This document shows positions 51,800-64,000 of a stretch of 64,000 bases of DNA, piece by piece. A program made the position numbers and the translations under genes. Origin of the DNA: Lama glama (Eukaryota). The notes under the pieces were generated by a model that worked only from the letters and a program-made list of their open reading frames with translations, made no database searches and had not been told where the DNA came from. Within the stretch, counting starts at the first letter, position 1. The number at the start of each line of letters is the position of its first letter. The stretch covers positions 41,604,001 to 41,668,000 of the forward strand of contig CM052817.1 in NCBI GenBank assembly GCA_028534125.1, given 5' to 3'.

Positions 51800-52450
51800 T
51801 TTGTGCACATGCTTGCGTGCAGTTTCTACCAAACTTTTACAAAATTAATTTCAGCAAGTCCAAGTGCTTGGGATACAAGGGGATGACTGCATACAGAGGC
51901 CTTTTCACACACCGCTCCCCACAGCCAGCGGTTCTTTTCTATTAGTTCTCTTGGCAGTCCAGCAGGCCCTCAGGAGGATCCTTGGTAAACTTCTTTCGTG
52001 GGTGTGCGTGCGTGCTTGCGTGCGCGTGCGTGTGTGTGTGTTCGCGTGCGCGTGCGTATACTGAGCTAATGGATGGCTACCCATCCAGCCCCGGTCCAAA
52101 AGTTCCCCCTTGGATGAACAATCCGGCACTGTGAGTGTTCTGCAGGTGTCTCTGGGTGTCAGCTGGCCTCTGTTTATTATTGGTGTGCTGTATTCAGGGA
52201 GGCCTAGCGGGCCATCAGTAACAACTCTCGGCAAATGGGTCAAGGAAATGAAAATAAAGCCTGTGCAGCAGGAACTTTTAGGGTCTGGGGTTTTGCTGGC
52301 AAGCTGTGCCCGAGTTCCTCTTTAGGTGCTACTTTAAAATTGCTACTTGTTTGACTTGGACGAGACTTCACATGGCGAGGCCGTGTGAGATACGTGGGGG
52401 CGGTGGAGGGGGGTAGGGACCAGCTGGGAGCAGGTGTGCTGCTTTCTCAT
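51800..52450. promoter_or_regulatory. Candidate enhancer/promoter-like GC- and CpG-richer island
   Basis: Unique sequence with local CpG enrichment, a GC box GGGGCGG (52397-52403), E-boxes, TACGTG, TNGCGTG motifs and a G4 motif. Function is inferred only. Confidence 0.4.
52002..52061. repeat. Mixed (GT)n/(GC)n alternating purine-pyrimidine microsatellite
   Basis: gtgtgcgtgcgtgcttgcgtgcgcgtgcgtgtgtgtgtgttcgcgtgcgcgtgcgtatac. Confidence 0.9.
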
Positions 52451-53199
52451 TTTAGCTTTTACCCGAGGAATACATCCTCTGCCTAGTTCTGAGGCATTTC
52501 TCTTCTTCAGAAGTTTGTTTGTATAATTTTTTTCCAAAAGTGAGGGAGGGGGTTACTATTAAAGGAGTTAAGAATCATTCATGTGATTTTTAACTATTTT
52601 GTTTTTCAAATCTATTACTCACAGTTGAATAAAAAGAAAGAAACATATTTTAAAATGTAAAACCGTTTCCTCCTCAACTTACATTTTCCATGACCCAAGA
52701 ATAAGCATGGAGCTTTCTTATCAAGATTGCTCTATGATGAATTTCCAAATACCACTTAATACATGGCCAGGTTTCCGGTTTACTTACTAGGCTCACTCAA
52801 AGAAAAGCGTGTCAAGTTTCATGCAAAAACAATTTCTACTGAAGGAATTGCTAATTTGTGGAAATGACTTAGCATAATGTTTTATGATAAATCACTTCTG
52901 TGATCATCTTTGCCATCCTTCCCCAATAATATTGCAGACCCTATTGACTACCTTTAAAGGGATGTGGGAAAGTTAAAAGTGGTTCAGGGTTATTAGTCTG
53001 GGAATCTTTTAATTGGTTCTCAATGCTTAAAATACTTCTCTCTGCCTAATGACCTATGTTATTCCAAATGACAGCTCATATTATTTGAGAAGTTGTTATT
53101 TACTATATTCTTAAAATCTGTAATCTATCATAACCATCTTCATTCATTCATTTACTCACTCATTGCCAGCAGCAGGCAAGGCAAAGGGATGCAAAGAGA

Positions 53200-53620
53200 G
53201 CCCACTCTCTGCCCACCTATTGCACTGATCCATAGTGTCCACAGGTATCCTTTAAAAACTCGAGTCAGAGATCACATCGCCCCTCTGCCTAAACCAGAGC
53301 CACACCTCTTCACTCCTGCCCTCTCCTGCCCCCGGGCTACTCCATCAACAATGGTCTTCTTGAGGCTCCTCAAACACACCAGGCACCAGCTCCCAACTTC
53401 CTGTTCTACAAAGTACAGCTGCATATTTCTTTTTTATCTCCATGGCATTTATCTCCTGATCTGATTCTGTTCTCATTAATCTCTAGCTTTGGTCTAATCT
53501 CTTGTCTATTTTAAGTTTCATGAGGTCAGAGCTTTTTGTTGTTTCCCTCTAGTATCCCCTGGGTTTGGAATAGTCTTTTCATATAGCAGAATCTCAATAA
53601 ATATTTGTTCAATAACTCAA
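53200..53620 (+). mobile_element. L2 fragment
   Basis: gtcagagatcacatcgcccctctgcctaaa, tcctcaaacacaccaggc, and ctcaataaatatttgtt at the 3' end. Confidence 0.65.
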
Positions 53621-56600
53621 GGAACACATCAATACCTGGGCTTTAGTCTATTTAGAAAGAGAGATATGTGAATAAATAATCCTAATATCATAAATCTTCA
53701 GTGCAATGATAAAGATGTTATAGTGGTCACATGCCTGTCTATATTTATTAAAATGTGAATTTACTGAAGTGTAAATCTGCATGCTATTAAGGGAGTGTTA
53801 AGAAGTCAAGAGAAGCATCGTTTGTTTCAAGCTTTATTATATTACTAATATTTCTTTTGGCTCCTGTGATACAGCCACTTTCATCTGTAATTCTCTTATC
53901 ACTTTTCAAATTGTCTGAAGGCCAAAAAAGAAAAAAAAGGGGGGGGGAATAAAAGAAAGAAACTAAGGGAAAAAAGAAAGAGAGGAAAAAACCGTACTTT
54001 CCAAAAATTTTCAGCTGGTTCTCAAGAACTTTGGCTAGTTAGTCTTTGAAGTTAGTCTTAGGAAAACTCCTCAGGCTTTGTCCATGAGAATGGAGCCTTT
54101 TAAAAGCTCCCTAAAATAGTAGGAGCCTGGTGTTGACAACATTGTTGTATTTGCTTTTGTCAGTTTTATACTGACACTCACAGGACTTGCTCACGCTAGA
54201 AGCTTTTTTGGATTTTATGAGTTGGGATGTTTCCCCATAGGTTTTTTCAGTTTAGGTAAATAGAAAAGAAATGATTAAGGTCAGTGTTCGCAGAGATTGT
54301 TCTTGTAGCCTGCAAATGAATAATTGTGTTGCTCCCTTACTTATTCTTATTGAGATCATAAGTTACAGCAATTTCCTCCTCTCTACCAGTTAGCTATTTT
54401 TTAAATTTTTACTTGTCTAGACATCAAGTTAATTTTGGCCACCCCCCTGGTTTATTTGACCTGAAAACTTACTTGTTTCTTGTGAACTTGGTCAGTTGAT
54501 TAGTATGAATTCATTCTCTCGACAGTCTCCCAAATCTACCAGGTGATTTGACCTCTTCCTTCAACTAACACACTCTTAACACTCCTAACTTAAGTCCTGG
54601 GTTCTTGCACTCTCTGGTGAGGCTTGCCTTTAGTCAGTATTTTTACATAAGGCTGTTCTAAAACCCTCCTGTGACTTTTCTGAAGCCCACAGAAAGTTTG
54701 TTTTTACTCCCTGAATTTTTCGTTGCCTACTTGAAGCCCTCACAAATCCTACATAGCTGCTTCTGCTAGCTGAGGACTGACTGCTCAAATATTATCATTC
54801 TCAGCTTTGTCTTGCCATACATGAAATCATTTTCATATACAGTGACTTCCTAATATACTTAAGTCAAAGAAAATCATATCCCTCCAGCTCTCCTCATATT
54901 GCACGTGTCCACCAATTCTTCTAAGCAGTCATTTGTCTCACTCGGAATTACATGCACACACTTTCCCAATCTGGCTTATGACACTGTGAAGTGAAAGCAT
55001 TTTGGTTCCCCTCACAGGCCACTTCCTGTTAAGAGAAAATCTCTTGCTTCAGTGTGCTTCAGTAATTATGGTGTTTTCTTTCTTTCTTCCTTACTTCCTT
55101 CTTTCCTTTCTTTCAAGATTTTTACTGAATGAGTTTTATTTAATTTAATTGAATCATACCATAATGACCTAACAAGCCGAAATTTAAAAGAGGGGGTAAA
55201 AGCATTTCAGAATAGGCAATATGAAGCCTGAGGGAGAGGAAGGAGCAGACAGAAGGGATGGGTCCTCAGCCACCATTTTCCATGACAGTATGTAACACCG
55301 TTTGGTTTGGTGGAACAGGTTTTTTTTTTTATGGGTATTATATTTCCCAATCCCAAATCAGGGACTACTAGGTCGTTATTATTGTTGCTGTTGTTGTTTT
55401 AATAAAAATTATATGTATTTAAGGTGTACAACATGATTTGATATACATATACCCAGTGTTTTCAGTTTCTTATGTCAAACTGTTACCAAGGTTGTCCACA
55501 TCTCTGTTCTAATAGCTCTTTGATTTGCTTTTCCCAATTTCAGCAAATTATTATACATTGAGATGCCTTTTTTTTTTTTTTTTGGTTGGCGTGAAAGTGA
55601 CTTCATACAACAGTTCCTTGTATGTCCTTGAAAGAATGTAAGAATGTAAGAGAATCTAGTGACATGTTAAAGAGAAGCATATGAAGTCTGCAGCTGAACT
55701 TTACTGTGCTATTACCAGCTACGATGTCAGCTAGAGCAATGGAACCAAATATAATATAATAGACATAAGTACACATAAAAGAATTTAGTATATAAAAAAC
55801 TAATGTTTCAAAACAGTGGTGAAATAACAGTTTACTCAATAAAAGCTATTGGAAAAAACTGACAAACTATTTGGACCCAAACAAAAGAAAATTTAAAAAT
55901 AGTTACTTTCTAAAATCAATATAGATTGCATATACATTAAAGATAAAATATAAAAAGAAAACTATAAAAGTGCTAGAAGAAATAATGGACTCACATTCAC
56001 ACAATTCATAAGTGATATACATATCAAAACCCCAATTTATTAACTTTTATTGATGTATATAACTGACAAGAGGATAAAAATATTGTCTTGGCTGACAGAA
56101 CATTCTCCACTAAGTTGGAAAAAATCTCCTTGTGAAACCAAATTGATACCAGAAGTTTTCTTGATTTATATTGCATCGGGAAAAAAAAGTGACAGTGCTA
56201 AAAGATACCTGCTTTCAAATTGAGATAGTCTCATTATACCATTTTCTATATTAGAAGGATTCATTTTCCTTTACTGCTGAAAGTTCACTAATCATTTTTT
56301 CTGTTTTTTTCTATACTTAATATAAATTCTACATTTTATTTTATCTTTCTTATAGTTTACACGTTGATTCTAAATTTGGAAGAATCTTACCCACAATCAT
56401 TCACAAATCATTTGCAGAGTGAGTTGCTCCTGTAGGAATTTTGCATATGTTTATATGAATTATTATTACAAAGAGGGTGTCTTTTTTTCCTTTAAACCCT
56501 ATCTCTAATTCTGATGTACTGTACTAATTCATTGACTTTACAAGTGGCTCTTCAGAAATGGTTTGTCAGATAGGCATTTTATGATTACATATGTAATAAT

Positions 56601-57004
56601 TATCTGAATTTAAAAGGTTTTTTATTGATAGAATTATCTTTGGAAAGTAGTAAAATATTTCTTACTTTTAATGTTATAAGTATTGTAAAAAATATTATAT
56701 TGGTAAAAAGTGTTCACTGCAGTTTTCCATCCCCACGCCCAAACCTAGTCCAATTCCTATCTCAGAGGGAGCCATTGCTAAGAATTCGATGTATACCTTT
56801 TTAACCCTTTACCCTTGCATTCATATTTATAGATCTGTACTGAACACAATGTTGCAAACATAACTGTGATCATAATTCATATAGTGTTCTGCTACTTGCT
56901 ATATTTCATTTTTATAATTGACTTGGAGAACATTGTAGGACTCCACAGTGTGCTTATAACAAACTGATGGATACAGTGCCTATTTTAATAGAAAATGTTT
57001 TCAG

Positions 57005-58033
57005 TTGCTACATGCAAAAGACTGAAATGAGAACATTCCCTAACACCATGTACAAAAATAAACTCAAAATGGATTAAAGACTTAAATGTAAGACCAGATA
57101 CTATAAAACTCCTAGAGGAAAACATAGGCAGAACACTCACGGACATACATTACAGCAATGTATTTTTGAACCAGCTTCCAGAGTATTGGAAATAAAAGCA
57201 AAAATAAACAAATGGGATCTAATTAAACTTAAAAGCTTTTGCACAGCTAAGGATACCATCAACAAAATGAAAAGTCAACCTACAGATTGGGAGAAAATAT
57301 TTGCAAATGATGTACCTGACAAGGGTCTAATTGCCAAAATATACAAACAGCTCACACATCTTAATATCAAAGAAGCAAGCAACCCAATCCAAAAATGGGC
57401 AGAAGACCTAAACAAGCAGTTCTCCAATGAAGACATACAAATGGCCAATAGGCACTTTAAAAAATGCTCAGCATCACTAATTGTCAGAGAAATGCAGATC
57501 AAAACTACAATGAGATACCACTTCACACCAGCCAGAATGGCCATCATTGAAAAGTCTACAAATGATAGATGCTGGAGAGGGCGTGGAGAAAAGGGAAACC
57601 TCCTACACTGTTGGTGGGAGTGTAGATTGGTGCAGCCACTATGGAGGACAGTATGGAAGTTCCTTAAAAGACTGAAAATAGACTTACCACGTGTTCCTGG
57701 GCATATATCCAGAGAAAAATAAAATTCAAAAAGACACGTGCACCCCAGTATTCACAGCAGCACTGTTTATGATAGCCAAGACGTGGAAACAACCCAAATG
57801 TCCATCAACAGATGACTGGATAAAGAAGATGTGGTACATTTTTACAATGGAACAGTACTCAGCCATGAAAAAGAATAAAATAATGCCATTTGCAGCAATA
57901 TGGATGGACCTGAAGATTGTCATTCTAAGTGAAGTGGGCTGGAAAGAGAAAGAAGAATGCCATATGACATCATTTATATGAAGAATATAAAAAATAATAA
58001 CAATAATAATAAGGACACAAATGAACTAATTAC
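57005..58033 (+). mobile_element. Relatively young L1 ORF2 C-terminus plus the start of the 3' UTR
   Basis: 178-aa [22 protein letters not shown]...[19 protein letters not shown], then [27 protein letters not shown] in the next frame. Confidence 0.95.
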
Positions 58034-58705
58034 TATTTTGCTTTTTTGAATACGTGTAAGCACATTTGACTGTCCTTTATGATTGGATTACCACAATCTG
58101 TGGATTCTAATTTTATGATTAGCTTTATTCCTTTGATAACTATGTAAGTTAAAAAAGCTAAAGATATAATCTGTTCTTAGAAATAATAAATAGTACATAT
58201 ATGAAAACTAAAAAAGTGCAGTATATTGTATATATTATTTACATGCAATATAATGTATATGTGCAATCGAACTGTAATAATTCTACATAATAAAAATTAA
58301 AATAAAAAAACTTATTGTGATTAGCAATGTTTGCTACCTTATGTTTCCTGACATCTTATTAATTTTTAAACTAATGCCTCATTATTCAGTATCACCATTT
58401 ATTTAGTTCAATGTCTTCCTCTTTCTTGTGTTTATTCCTTTTATTATTTCGACTTTCCTATATAATTATTATAAAAAATTAGAATAGAAAAAGTCTGTAG
58501 TTAACGACTTTATGAGACCTGACTCTGAAAATCATTTTCAATATTGGGAATTTCTTTTCTTTTATTTCTTTGTTTATTTCTCCCTCTGCATTTTCTCAGT
58601 CCTGTCCTTCTAGAACTTCTATTAGACAAATGGTGGAATTCATAAATTTATCTTTTGCACTTTGGCTTTTCCTTCCATATCTAGGTCTTTTTGTGTTACA
58701 TTTTA

Positions 58706-58839
58706 TCCTATTATTTTTTTGAGGGGTGGGGAGAGGTAATAAGCTTTACTTATTTATTTTTCGAGGAGGTACTGGGGATTGAACCCAGGACCCTGTGCAT
58801 GCTAAGCATGCCCTCTACCACTTGAGCTATACCCTCCCC
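58706..58839 (-). mobile_element. tRNA-derived SINE, camelid Vic-1 type
   Basis: Minus strand GGGGAGGGTATAGCTCAAGTGGTAGAGGGCATGCTTAGCATGCACAGGGTCCTGGGTTCAATCCCCAGTACCTCC. TSD ttgtgttacatttta / ttgttttacatttta. Confidence 0.9.
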
Positions 58840-58963
58840 TCTTGTTTTACATTTTAGAGATTACTTTAGTTTGATCTTTCAGCTCATTAATTCAATCTTC
58901 AAAATACATCTGTGTGGCACTTTAACCCATATACACGAAACTGTCTTATTTAGATGATCACAT

Positions 58964-59599
58964 ATATCACTCAGGGTTCCAGTTGCCGTCTGGTTAGATT
59001 AGATAGGAAAGTTTTAATAAATTAAGTTAGATGTTTACAAAATCATCTGCAGGTCAGGAGGAGCATTCTGTAATTGGGAAGTCCTGGAACAACTCCCAGA
59101 ACATGACAGGCTTGGCCAGGCTGAGGGCTGCTACTTCTGCTACTACAATGATGGCTGGCTCCCGGTCTAAGGGCCTCAGCCCCAGTCCAGTGATAGGGTG
59201 CCATGACATTACATCCTGCTGGCTATAGACCATCCTGTCTCAGTTCTGACGTGTACCAGTAAACAGATGTCACATGCTGCTTCTAAATGCCCCTGAAGCC
59301 AGAGGACAGACACTTGGAATTTGGCTAGAGCTGCCTCAGAAAAGCCAAATGCCTCCCTGATTGTACTTGCCTGCAGACACAACAGAAGCAGTTCAAGTGT
59401 GGTCTCCACCTCGGCATGTTCATTTCTGCCTCCCAAACCTCACACACAGAGTTCTCCTAAGAAGCAAGCTAGGCCCCACACAGATGCCAAGAGGGAAAGG
59501 TGCTTGAGAAAGACAGACTTCCCAGTATCTAGCATGCAATAGGGTAAGCTACAAAGGAGCTGTGAGAGTTGAGAGAGGAAATCTGAGGCATTTGCCACA
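58964..59599 (-). mobile_element. Ancient solo-LTR-like element (family uncertain)
   Basis: A GC-richer block of about 635 bp inside AT-rich L1 debris. It begins tcagggttccagttgc and ends tttgccaca (TG start on the minus strand), as in old ERVL/MaLR-like LTRs. Confidence 0.45.
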
Positions 59600-59912
59600 T
59601 TATATTTTTAATTTTACAAATTATTATTTATTATTTCTTTCTTTCTTAGTAACAACTATATTGTGTAGCTGCAATGTCTTCTCAACTCTAAGTACACTAA
59701 ATGCCAGTTTTAAAGTTTTCCTCTGTTTTCACTATTAACTCTTTTTTGGTTGCTAATTCTTCTGTTGAGGTTGGCACTTCTCTTTGGCTTTTGGTTTTCA
59801 TCAAATGTTTAGCAAGTTTGGTTTGTTTGTTCATATTTGTACTTGATAATTCCAGTTTGCCTTTGGGCAATGCAGGTGCTGATTGCATTGGCCTACTTCT
59901 TCTGACTGAGGG

Positions 59913-59966
59913 GTGTGTGTGTGTATGTGTGTGTGTGTCTGTGTCTGTGTGTGTGTGTGTGTGTGT
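59913..59966. repeat. (GT)n microsatellite, interrupted
   Basis: gtgtgtgtgtgtatgtgtgtgtgtctgtgtctgtgtgtgtgtgtgtgtgt. Confidence 0.95.
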
Positions 59967-62900
59967 ACAGGATATTATCTATTTGAGATGTATGGGTGTC
60001 ATGTCTTCTAGATGTCACATGTCTTGGGGCACTGTCCTGATATCTGGATCACACTTTTCAATGCAGAACTTATTCTATCAGCAAACTTGTTCCTTAATTT
60101 TTTTTTCTCTTTTGACAGTCCTTAAGGAGATAAGAGGTTACTTCAGGCTTTGCCCTGCTTATTTTTCTAGCCTCAATATTCACCTAGGAGTTCCTCTCAG
60201 CCAAACTGTTTAATTTGTTGAGAAAGCAAAAGAAGATTTTTTAAAAATTTCATTTGAAATTAATAGCTGAAAGCAAGTAAAAATAACAAATTTTGCTAAA
60301 AATTCCCAGGAAGTATTTTAATTAACCACATAGATAGAGGTTAACCTAGTTGGGGACATTAAAAATTACTCCCAAATTACAAAGAAATTTAGGGAAAAAA
60401 TCATAGGAACACAAAACTCACTGGAGAGTTGATTTCTTACTTATTTTTCTATGGAATGTGTGTTTCAGCTCAAGCATTCTCCTTTCATTGAAACTATCTA
60501 AAGGCCTTCAAAATCCACTATAAACATGAAAAAAATGCCTCTGTATGGGTTTACTAATGACATGATGTCGCTCATGTCCATCTGGGTTTGATACCAAATC
60601 CCAACACCAAGTCCACTTCCAGAGCACGAAATAGGCACGTGCTTTTAACAAATTTGGGGGGTTGCCGAGGAACATGTGTAGATGTCTCAACAACATTTTA
60701 AAAGGAAAGGACATCATTAGCTCCCTTGTTTAAGAGAAGTGATGAAGTGTAATTGAATTCAACTTGTTCAAACACACTTTACAAAGCTTTGAGTAGTAGA
60801 GGTTTGCTTCTTAGAGTTCTGGGACAGAGCAGTGACAGAAGACAGAAAAAGAAAAATTATGCTAAGTTAAACTTTCCAGTACTTTTGAAAGGCAGCTAAC
60901 GTATAAGCAGTCGCAACAGACTGAAATATGTAGAATAAGGTGCACTGACTTTAACATAATTAGTTAGAAAAGAGAAAAGAAACAAGATCAAATACAGTCT
61001 ATCTTTACCCAGCAATAATCATACATTCAGACAAACTGATCAAACTGATTTTGCAATAAGCTAAGGACTTTGCAAATACTCCTTCAAATTTGTTTTTTTT
61101 CCCCTGGGTAAGAAATTATACCAAATTTTTGGCTGCATTGGGTTTGGCTTCAAATCTATGCTAGTATTTCTGACAATGATTTGACAATATTATTTTTATT
61201 TGCTTTACTCATAAGTCTTATGACACTCGCTACAGCTACTCCACAGAAGCTCCTCCCCCAATAGATGTTTCAATGAACTCTAGTTTACTAAACTTCTGAA
61301 TTCTATGTGAATTAAATCGAAGTCCTGATTCATGTAAGTTCTGTCTCATTTGGTACAGATATAGTGGATGAGCCACAGGTTTTATTCACAAGCCCAGAAG
61401 GTTGTTATTTAGAAAAGATACCTACTTCCAATAAGTATATTAGAAGAAACAGAAGATGTCCTTTCTGAAACACACAGAACTACTTTGCCCCATTGCTTGC
61501 TATCCTATATATAATTATTCTTATTTTTCACAAAAATGAAGAATTTACTATAGTTTTAAGAATAAACTTCTAAACAACGGAAAATTCCTTTGCTCATGGA
61601 AACCTGCCTTTCATAAATCTAGATGTTGAGTGATAGAAAAGTGCATTTCAATTTATTATGCCAAAAACTCAAGATAATTTTTCTCATCTATTTAATGACA
61701 ATCTAAACTTTGATGATGTAAACCTTTTCCTCTGTGCTAATAGGTGTACTTTAATTAAGTATTTACATGCATATCAACATTTGTGCATACAGGCAGAATA
61801 AACATTTATATGTCTTCTGGATACTATAATTTAATGTGTGATGCTGGCTTTTCACATTAGTCTTACAAAGTAGTCAGTTAAAATATTTTAAACTTTTAAA
61901 GCAAAACAGTTTTCTCCTCTAATTTAACTTTTTCTGAAAGTTGATTAACAGAATAGTGTGATCAAAAATAACACTTCATGTGAACATGTCAATAATTTCT
62001 TAAAGAAATGCCTGAAGACTTCAGTGAGTATGCCTATAAATAAATAAAATAATGATATTGTTAGACCCAAATGTAAAATATGAAACCAACATACATTATA
62101 ATAATACAGAGGTCTCAACCGTACTGTAGCCAGTCTTTAGGATAAAGTGGCCTGAAAATTATTTATGTAAATTATGATTAACCAAAGTATTTCCTTTGTA
62201 GCTATTCCATTTTTAATACTAATGTTCTGTTTTCCCTCAGTGAAAGTTTTTATCAGTTTGAAAACAGTATAACAACTATTCCTGTTCTTTTGACCATGTT
62301 GGTTGTCTGCACTGGACTGCAAGGTCCAGATTAGACTGTACGGCTCTAAAGGTTTTTCAAGCCCTATGTAGTACCTTGAAAATAGCAGGTGGTTCAACAA
62401 ATACTTACTAACTAAATAAACAGAATAAATGCAAGCTACTTTTCGTGATAGATTTTAGTGTTTCCACCACTTTCTACAGCCTCCTTCTTCAGTTTGTCAT
62501 CTGGGAAGGTTTCCTTGCTCAATTTAAGACAAGGAAGAGGACTCTCTTGTGTAATATGTAACCCCTCCACACACAAATTTCTGTCAAGACATTTGTCACC
62601 TGTACTTGAATAGTGTCAGCACATCCACCCACCTCTGCAATCTTGTGGGAGGCAGAGACCGTGTGCAGAGAAGCTTATGACACATAATAGGTGATCAATA
62701 CATGTTGAGGCAAAAAGAAAAAAAATCAAAGCAATCATAAAGCAGTTCCTTCCAGCTGTGACTCATTGGTCCACTCATCTCACTGGGTACAGATGACAGA
62801 CATACTAGCCACCTTTTTTACAAACTTCATTTTTGGAATTTTGGAAGGTGTATGACTATATTACTGGCTCATTAAAAAGAGCCTTCATCTCCCCATGTTG

Positions 62901-64000
62901 AAACTACATGGCTGCTACTGCAATCCCCTCTCACATAACCTTTCTGTTTTTCAGCTACTTCATATATTGCGCTATAATGTATTTATCACCTCCCATAATC
63001 CTGCCTTAGTCTAGATTTTTTTAATTCCCTGATTCTTTCCAAATTTCGGCCACTATGTTTCGTTCTGCTTTGCATCTGCTCTCCCTTTTAATCCATGTCT
63101 GGCTCTGGGCCTTCGGTTTACACCAAGATTAACCTCTCAAGTCTGAAGTACCAGATGCCTTATCTTCAATCTTTGAAGTTCTTTACAACCAGCTCTCTAG
63201 TAATGCAGCTTCTCAACTCACTGCCCTTTGAATACAAGTGGACACAACTGAGCCAGTGTTGGTAGGTCACTTCTCTTAGTGACCACAAATTTGTGAGTTC
63301 AGCCAGCTGTGGCAAAGGGGACAGTCTGAGCTGCAAAACTAACCAGGTCATAAGGAGATTAAACCCATGGTCTTAGTCGTGGTCCTTGAAGCACTAATTA
63401 TTAACAGCTCAGTGAAACAGTCACCAGTACAACTGCCATATTAACTTCAATGGCAAATTTGGGTTACATGCTCTCAAGCATGCAAACTTTTTCATCTAAT
63501 GAATTTACATGAGAAAAAAATATTATCATAGCTGATCACAATGTATACAATTAAGTCATGTGTTAAGGAATAGCTACACTATCATGGCCATGTATTACAT
63601 ATAGAACTTGTGTTTGTTTTGGGAATATATCATATGTTTACAATTGATATTGGATCATATGCTTCTGGTTCTCAACATGACATGATATCACTGCAAAGGT
63701 ATTTAAATATACATTTTGTATACTTTAAATGTATTATTTGTATACTAAAATATCTTGGTAAAATATGATTGCAATTTAAGTGAATTGTTTTTATGGCAGC
63801 TTTTTCAATAAATGTAGAGAACCATATTATTCATAATGTTCAGAGGTGATTTAAATCAATCAATTAACATTTATTATAGCCTACGGTATTAAAATGGCTA
63901 TAAGGGATATAAAAATGTGCAAGGATCAGGTTTCAACCTTATGAAGTTTATAGCCCTTCTGTGGAACCAAGACATACACATGTGCAAAGGTAAGAAGGGA

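Noticed and set aside
57186..57981. 178-aa and 96-aa ORFs as a gene
   Set aside because: Frameshifted L1 ORF2 C-terminal fragment, not a host CDS.
58765..58839. tRNA gene
   Set aside because: The tRNA-like head belongs to a SINE with a tail and TSD. The same applies to 1063-1178.
59701..60213. 170-aa hydrophobic ORF
   Set aside because: Runs through L1-like debris and a (GT)n repeat (CVCV...). No recognisable domain.
63955..63995. Exon-like segment ending AAG|GTAAGA
   Set aside because: Lies in an L2-derived fragment and has a weak acceptor.
1..64000. CRISPR array, prokaryotic operon or defence system
   Set aside because: No regularly spaced repeats or dense ORFs. The sequence is mammalian, repeat-rich non-coding DNA.

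Overview
AT-rich mammalian non-coding DNA (gene desert or a very large intron) with a 500-N assembly gap at 28623-29122. Two tRNA-derived SINEs of the camelid Vic-1 type point to a camelid genome (camel, alpaca or llama). I cannot support any intact protein-coding exon, RNA gene or CRISPR array. Every ORF in the track that has a recognisable product is a decayed LINE-1 ORF2 remnant. The window is a layered fossil record of transposable elements: L1 of several ages, L2, MIR, hAT MITEs (MER20, MER96, MER5, MER91, Charlie1-like), MaLR/ERVL LTRs and ERV1-type elements. Four structures are best supported by the sequence itself: (1) an ancient 4.6-kb ERV (14270-18897) with both diverged LTRs, a tRNA-Gln-like PBS, a PPT and a 4-bp TSD; (2) an L1 3' transduction with a second poly(A) signal, A-tail and TSD (10464-10869); (3) a twin-priming inverted L1 with a younger L1 nested inside it (41735-43877); (4) a CpG-richer enhancer/promoter-like island near 52 kb with Z-DNA, XRE-core and G4 motifs. 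Candidate micro-exons are reported as speculative. Family names were assigned from memory of consensus sequences without a database search, and boundaries of old repeats are approximate.
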